Shown: one piece after another, positions 57,780 through 64,000 of the stretch
How the letters are laid out: every line of letters begins with the position of its first letter
Numbering within the stretch: position 1 is the stretch's first letter
Assembly: GCA_009103225.1 (NCBI GenBank)
Contig: RHPI01003516.1
Location: 181,942-245,941 of the forward strand
Source of the DNA: Chlorokybus atmophyticus
Taxonomy: Eukaryota; Plantae; Mesostigma and Chlorokybus algae
Direction: 5' to 3'
DNA length: 64,000 nt
Made by a program: the position numbers and the translations under genes
The notes under the pieces: model-generated
The model's input: only the letters and a program-made list of their open reading frames with translations
Told to the model about the DNA's origin: nothing
Database searches by the model: none

Positions 57780-59560
57780 CATGGTCTGGTTGAGATGTTA
57801 TTGTTATCGAAATGTTATAGGAATGTGATTGTGGTTGAGGCGGACATGCATGCTGGGTTGCAAGAGAGTGTTGGCGATGTTGCTTGCGGGGTGTGTGTTA
57901 GGGAGCATGCGTGACTGCGTGCAAGTTTGTGTGAATATTGGCAAGTGAGAGTGAGAGTATATGCGCGTGCCAGTGAGAGATACACAGGTCTGTGAGTGTG
58001 TGGTTTGGAACTTGCGCGTAGAGCTGTGTAATTGGATGTTGATTGGAGCATGTACTACTTGAATTTCAGTGAATATGCAGCGTTTCCAACACATGACACT
58101 AATTGATGTTGCGAGGGTGACCTGCTGTCCTGTTGCCAACAGCCATTTCCGCATGCAATTGACAGCACCCTTACACACTGCCATGCTCAATGCTGCGCAG
58201 TGCAGCTTTGATGTTACTCAGTTGTGCTTGTATAATACCACAGCATTGTACAACAAACACTTTACTCGCTCCCATGGATGCAGCATGCCGGTAAGCCTCC
58301 CAACCATCGCAATTACTACAGGGCAGCGCTGAGCAGAGGTGCAGCTACAAACATACAACCTGCAGCATCCAGCATGGCAGACTCCATCAGCACTCTTGCT
58401 GCTGTATCAGGTGCGCTTGGGCAGATTTTCTCGCGAATTCGTCTATGGCTGACCGCAAGTTGCAATTAATGTGGCAGTTGCACACGCGATACACGAGCGA
58501 CTTGATTTAGGCCATGTCAACCATTGCTCAGTAAAGGTGCGATCACCGTGACACTTGATTGGTTTGTTGTATACAAGGTTGGCAGAAAGAGAGCCGTGGA
58601 AAACCTGCTGGAAAGAATGAGGTCCAGTGAGTTGTAGTTTCCTGACGCCTGCTCGCAGAGTTTTGGGACTGCGTGTTCACAGTGGACCATTCCCTACTGG
58701 GTTCCTGTCTTTAGGGAGACGCGCATGGCTGGAGCGTGTCAGTAGGTATAGCATAGCTGTGAACCCTTTGATGCTGCTAAGTGGTACGCGCGCTTCCATA
58801 CGAATGAGAACCCAAGTATCACCTCCACGACAACACAGCAGCCAGTTGTTAACGGCCAAGACGGTGCTATCTCCTGCAATAGTGGTACTGCCTCCTGAAA
58901 AGGCTCAGAGCTCGCTCAATGCAGTTTGGAATGAGCATCATGGTATTTGTGTCCAACCTACACCAGTGGGACTGGCTAGTGTGCACAGCCTCAGCAGCTC
59001 ATCCTAGTCAGCCACTGAAGATGTGCTTATGGGATGACCTCGACCAAATGGTTGGTAGCCTATGTTAGGGGTGATGCGGTTGCAAGCACTGTGGCACACG
59101 ACACCGTGTGATCGTGTCATCATTGCGCATGTGACATGCGTGTTGGTGCCAAGCGTCCATGCCATCATGTATACGAGTGTACAATTTTCGCGGATAATGC
59201 GACACGCATTGTTTGAATAACAGTTGGTGCGCCTTTGATGTTTCGTTGCAAATGGCATGCGACACGGTGGTTCTACCTTTGCGGGGTGTATATTGAACAA
59301 AGTGTGAACTGTCGTTGTTGCATTGGCCCAACGTCTGCAGCCAGCGCCCTACACGTCAGTCAGATTGCTCTTATGAAGGCCTGAAAAAGAGGTCTCTTAT
59401 CCAAGAACCGCATTTCAAACGCTGCCACTGTGTGGTGTGCGCTGACCACTGTCTTTGGAGCAGTGGTCATAGTCACACCTCGATTTATGAACTTCATAAC
59501 TGGAAGCTTGCGGTACTGCACAAGTCAGCGGGTGAGTGGGGCCTTAATGACTAGCAGGCC
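57780..59560 (+). repeat. Repeated block Q copy 4, downstream of the NB-ARC-LRR gene
   Basis: Aligns to 46440-48200 and 20710-22230. Confidence 0.82.
58374..59062 (+). pseudogene. Decayed TM-X paralogue
   Basis: MADSISTLAAVSGALG start; GPFPTGFLS, AVNP and SSL matches; frameshifts and stops. Confidence 0.82.
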
Positions 59561-59849
59561 AGCCGTTCAAGCAGACCCTTTCCAGGGATACAGCTACGTG
59601 AAAAAACTCGAGGCGTCTCAGCAGGCTGAACTCTAGCGCTCTTATCAGGCAGCCAGGGCATGTCAGAGTCCCTGTAGTCTTACAGTACAACGTTCTCAAG
59701 CATGACTAGACATTGCATTCTTATTCTTGCCGCCAACTCAACATAACGCTCTCCACACCCTATGGCACAGTTTGGTCTAATATCAGCAGACACAATGGCA
59801 ACAAGCACGTAGCGTGCTATACCTACAGGCGCTATGACTGTGTAGAGGG

Positions 59850-60160
59850 GCCTATAACTCCTGTCTGACTTGGAGGGCGTTCGCCTCACTGTACCTGCCC
59901 TGGCATTGCGCCAGTGCCAGGTGGTTTAAAACCTACACGGTGTCGGGGTGGTCCGAACCCAGCTCCGCTTTGTGACGGCAGTGCCGCCCGCACAGCGGTT
60001 CGGCCTTGACGTACTTGCCCTCATGTCTAAAGCATCTGCTTTGCAATCGCAAAGCGCAGCCAACGTGACGAGCCATAAATTGAATCCGCTGCAAAGTACT
60101 CTGCTGCCTGCTGCTGCATCCTTGCAGTGTAGAAAGGCTACAAACAGCCCACGACCACAA
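59850..60160 (-). pseudogene. TPR remnant of a TIR-NB-ARC-TPR-type gene
   Basis: RCFRHEGKYVKAEPL...LGSDHPDTV*VLNHLA..QGRYSEANAL resembles the first TPR of 48709-52487 (KCFDCEGKYVEAEAL). Confidence 0.75.
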
Positions 60161-60523
60161 GATGCTGCGACTGCCGTCATAGTCAGAGCACCAAACCTTG
60201 CCACCGGTGTAGCCCGCACTTCAGGTGTGTCAAACAGCCGCGCTCGTTACAGCAATGAACGCATCACAGCCAGTACGCAAGCAGAACGCGCTTGACACCA
60301 TGTCCATCGCCTGCAGTGTCAGCAACATGTGCGCAGGTCAGTGATTGAGAGTGGCTGTGCGGTGAGTGTGAATCGTGAGACATTGGATGTGCATGCATGT
60401 GAGTGTAGCAGTCAGCATGCGCACGTAGTTCAGTAGGTTGCTGTACGAGTGGCTGCGTGCATGAGCTGTGTGTGGCCGCTCTTACCCTGGTGTTGTTAGG
60501 GGCCAACCATACCCGGCAGCGCC

Positions 60524-62714
60524 TCACCCGCCTATGTCCTTTGTGTCAATGCAGACCGAAGCAGGTGTTGATGTTGGATACTCCACACTCTGCTGTATTT
60601 GCATCCATCCAGCTCTTGCAGCACTGCGAATGCCTCCCTCTGACCTCCCCGCCCCCAAAGCAAGCTTGCTTAGTTCCTCCTCTTCCGCCGCCTCCCCCTG
60701 GTGCTGCTGCAGCACAGCAACAACAGCAGGATTCAACCTACTGACAGCTTCCGGCAGCGCCGTGAAGTGGAAGCACTTCTCAAGGTACAGCTTTTGCAGA
60801 GCAGTGAGCCTGCCAAAGGATTCCGGCAGCGCCGCCAAGCTGCGGCACCAGCTCAGGTCCAGTGTCTGCAATTGAGCCAACTCACCGAAGGACTCTGGCA
60901 GCTCTGTCAAGCTGCTGCACCCGCACAGGTACATCTTTCGCAGAGCAGCGAGCTTGCCAAAGGACTCCGGCAGCGCCACCAAGCTGGCGTTCCAGCTCAG
61001 GTCCAGCGTTTGCAGGGCAGCAAGCTTGCTGATGGACTTCGGCAGCTTCGCCAAGCGGCGGCACGCACTCAGGTTCAGCGTTTGCAGAGCAGTGAGATCT
61101 CCAGATTCAGGGAGCTTGCGCAAACCCATGTTAGTGAGAACTAGAGTCTGCAGCATTGCGAGCCTGCCAAGCGCTTCAGGCACCTTCTTTAAACAAGTAC
61201 AGCCCCGCAGCACCAGGATTTGCAGCGCCTTGACGTTTCCAATGGACTCGGTCAGCAGCATTGAGGCATTGTGCACGACTTCTTCTACGAGGAGGACGAG
61301 CAGTTTCGTGCATGCAGCAACATTGCGCAGTGAAGTGCTCAAGGTCTCGCAGCGCCAGCTTTTCCATTCCAAATAGACCAGCTCTTTGGGACCCCCCTCG
61401 AGGAAAATACCATCCCAATCAACCATGCCAAGATTTAGCATGCGGAGACAAGGCATGTGGGCCATGGCAGGTAAATATTCATTGACATTAGCCAAACACA
61501 TAGTCTCAACCTTCTGATAGGCCTGCATGCAAACGAAGCAAACAAAACCCGCAAGTAAGTCCATACGACATTGGATGAAGGCACTGATACGGGACATGAA
61601 CTACCGGTACCTCCTGAGGTATGTCTCCTACTGCCTTTGGCACCCAGATATGCATGGACGGGCTACTAGTAGTATCGGCAAGCATTCGCCCCATGTCGCG
61701 GAGTTGGTAGTGTACCGAGAACACTACAACGTCCGAACGAGATCTTGTTACAAGGCAAACGAGGGACAACTCCACCAGGCCATCCAATGCATCTGACGCG
61801 TTGCCCCACGCTGGAAGCAGCATGTCCTTGCTCTTCCCCAATGCAAAGCAGCATATGTCCAAAAACATTTGCTGTTCCTTTGGTGACAGATTGTCGTAGC
61901 TGAGCCTAAGCTTGGCCCAAAGCATATGGTCAGCTGTACCTGCCATCCAAACTGCCTTTTGCAAGCGCTGCGGTGCCTGGTTCCAAGCCAGCTCATCATC
62001 TACTTTGCGCGTGTGAAGATAAGAGCCAACGACCTCCAGCGTGAGCGGCAGGCCCTGGCACGCCTTGATGACCTCTTCAACAATGATCCCCAGATTTGGA
62101 GGCACTACTTGTGATCTGAAGGCATGTTGGCAGAACAATCGTCTAGCGTATAGATTGTCGAGCAGCGGCACTTCCTCCAACAACCTAACCTTCTCGTGCC
62201 CCTTTAGTAAGTTGCGGTTACGAGAGGTCACCAGCACACAACTGCCCGTACCAAGCAGAGGCGTGGCGTCCTCCAGATTGAAAGGACCAATCAGGGCTTC
62301 TTCTTGATCGTTGCTCCAGATGTCATCAACAACGAGCAGCACCTTCTGCCCTTGCAAGCGCAACTTAAGGAATGCTTTTCCTGCGGAAATGGAGTTGAAT
62401 GCATATCCAGACATAGGAGCACTCCCAAGCTGTGTGAGCATCTGCTGTTGCAGCTGTACCAGCCTCCCATTGTTGCGACATGGTTCATTCCCGACCTCTA
62501 CAAAGCAGCAGCTGCCAGCAAACTTGCTGTGCAGTTTATTGTAGATTGCCATTGCGAGGGTAGTCTTCCCAATGCCACCCATGCCCCAAAGACCCAGCAT
62601 GACGACCTTGGTGCCATTGGTAGCAGCACTTAACTTCTTGAGGACATCTTCAATGCGACGCTCAATGTCCACTGGGTATTTGGCAATGTCAAAAACAGGG
62701 GGGTCCAACATCTT
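60524..62714 (-). CDS. NB-ARC-LRR part of a TNL paralogue, cut off from its TIR by a Gypsy insertion
   Basis: GLWGMGGIGKTTLA, VLLVVDDIW, CQGLPLTL, MHD motif as VHY; intron ~61616-61528; LRR exon; strong similarity to 27341-28651; begins at the LTR junction. Confidence 0.9.
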
Positions 62715-64000
62715 TGTCGGGTCGAGGGGAGTCGAGGGTCACGCTGTCTCGGACAGCTGCATGGACAGCCATGCTGTGCTGGATATGCTGCTGCGCCACC
62801 TGTGTAACGCGCAGCAAAAACAGAAAGATGACCCCAACCCTCATGGTGACAAGTGCTTCGTGCCGCTGGTGTGCTGCTGCTGGGTAGTACGGGCAGGTGG
62901 AGTCGGTGTTCTCCCTAGTGTACATGCTGTGCTGTAGCACACAAGTCAACAAGCCACCCCCCCTGGGCTCTGGGGGAGGTTCCAGCTCCAGAGCTCAGCT
63001 GCTAGCGCAAGTGAGGAGGGCCGTTGGTACGGCAATCGTCGCACCAATATTCCTCCATAGGTATCGTGTCCAAAGGTGGCTCCAGGCAGGAGCAATGCAG
63101 GCCCTTATTGCAGCCATCGCAGAGCATCATGAGTGCGTCGTCGCCGGCGCTGCCGCAGCGTTCACAGCGTGTGCTGCGCGCGGGACGAGGGTGTTGGATA
63201 CGCCCGAAGCCGGCTACGTAAGGAAGGTGACATGACGCACAGTTCACCATGTTGTCCTTCAACCTCTCTCCGTTTGTACCAAGGAGGTCCAGCACCCCTG
63301 TGGGGTACACTCTGAGTACTTTTTAGACGGTGCGGCCTACAGAGGTGTCAAGCGTGTCTTTGGTGGCTGTCATGCGATAGGCAAAGTCCCCCGCTTGGAA
63401 CCGCCGTTGGCGCTCCTTGTGGGAGCCGCTGCGTACGCGCTCGTAGCGCAGCGTGTCGCGATGCTGCGCGATGCGCAGGTTGTTGAAGGCCATGGGGACG
63501 GTGCGCTCGAAAAGCGCGGCGCGCGTGGTGATGTCGTGGTGCATCCAGTCAGGGTCGTCGAGGTTGTTCACGACGCGATCCACCTCCTGCTGCGCACGGA
63601 AAGGGAGCAATGGTGGTCGCCCGAACAGCAGGTAGTACGGGCTGTACTCCCGCAGAGCCGCCTGCTTTGACAATCGATATCTAAGGGCCACCCACGGGAG
63701 ATGGTCATCCCAAGTGTTCTTCTCGTACTCCAGCACGTATTTGCGGAGTGCCTTCTTAATGGTCTGTACTGTACGCTCGGCGAGGCCGTCGGCTTGAGGG
63801 TGATCACGCGAGGTACGGCGGTGGTCGATGTAACATTTGTCCAAGAGGGTGTCGAATTCCCCTCTGAACTCAGTACCTTGGTCAGTGATGACCTCGGCGC
63901 AGCTGCTAAATCGGTTGAGAACGTGAGAGAGGAAGGCTTGAGACACCCCCCTACTGCTCTTGTCGGGTAATGGTACCAGCTCCACCCATTTGGAGAAGTG
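62715..64000 (-). mobile_element. Second copy of the PHD-integrase Gypsy family (integrase, PHD, PPT, 3' LTR 62715-62951); rest outside window
   Basis: VITDQG, HPQADGLAER, PHD CERC..CDGCNKGLHCSC..WCDDC; TAC>TAA stop before the PHD; PPT GGGGGGGTGGCT; LTR TGTTGAC...CCCGACA; homologous to 15270-16555. Confidence 0.93.

Overview
Eukaryotic, intron-rich window (GT-AG introns, about half GC, (CT)n and CACG-type microsatellites, several assembly gaps). Gene content points to the green-plant lineage, most plausibly a streptophyte alga (inference). Positions 1-16.6 kb are a nest of transposons. They comprise an apparently intact Ty3/Gypsy element with a -1 frameshift signal, a decayed CACTA/En-Spm-type transposase continuing into PHD-C5HCH and Ulp1 SUMO-protease exons, a divergent Zn-finger-Tudor-C5 DNA methyltransferase gene of phage/bacterial type, and a Gypsy fragment whose integrase ends in a PHD finger. 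Positions 18-64 kb are an immune-receptor cluster: a TIR-NB-ARC-LRR gene, an intact TIR-NB-ARC-TPR gene, a Gypsy-interrupted NB-ARC-LRR gene and LRR/TPR remnants. Each NLR lies tail-to-tail with a copy (one internally deleted, two decayed) of a repeated block encoding a small single-TM protein; the only intact copy lies one block further upstream of the TNL. That protein's uncharacterised domain (called domain X here) is also fused to a bacterial-type SEFIR domain in a neighbouring spliced gene. The cluster also holds a PHT4;6-like pseudogene and a multi-exon gene with 2OG-Fe(II) dioxygenase-like (TET/JBP or AlkB) motifs plus a Zn finger. All family assignments come from motif recognition by eye; no database searches were run.
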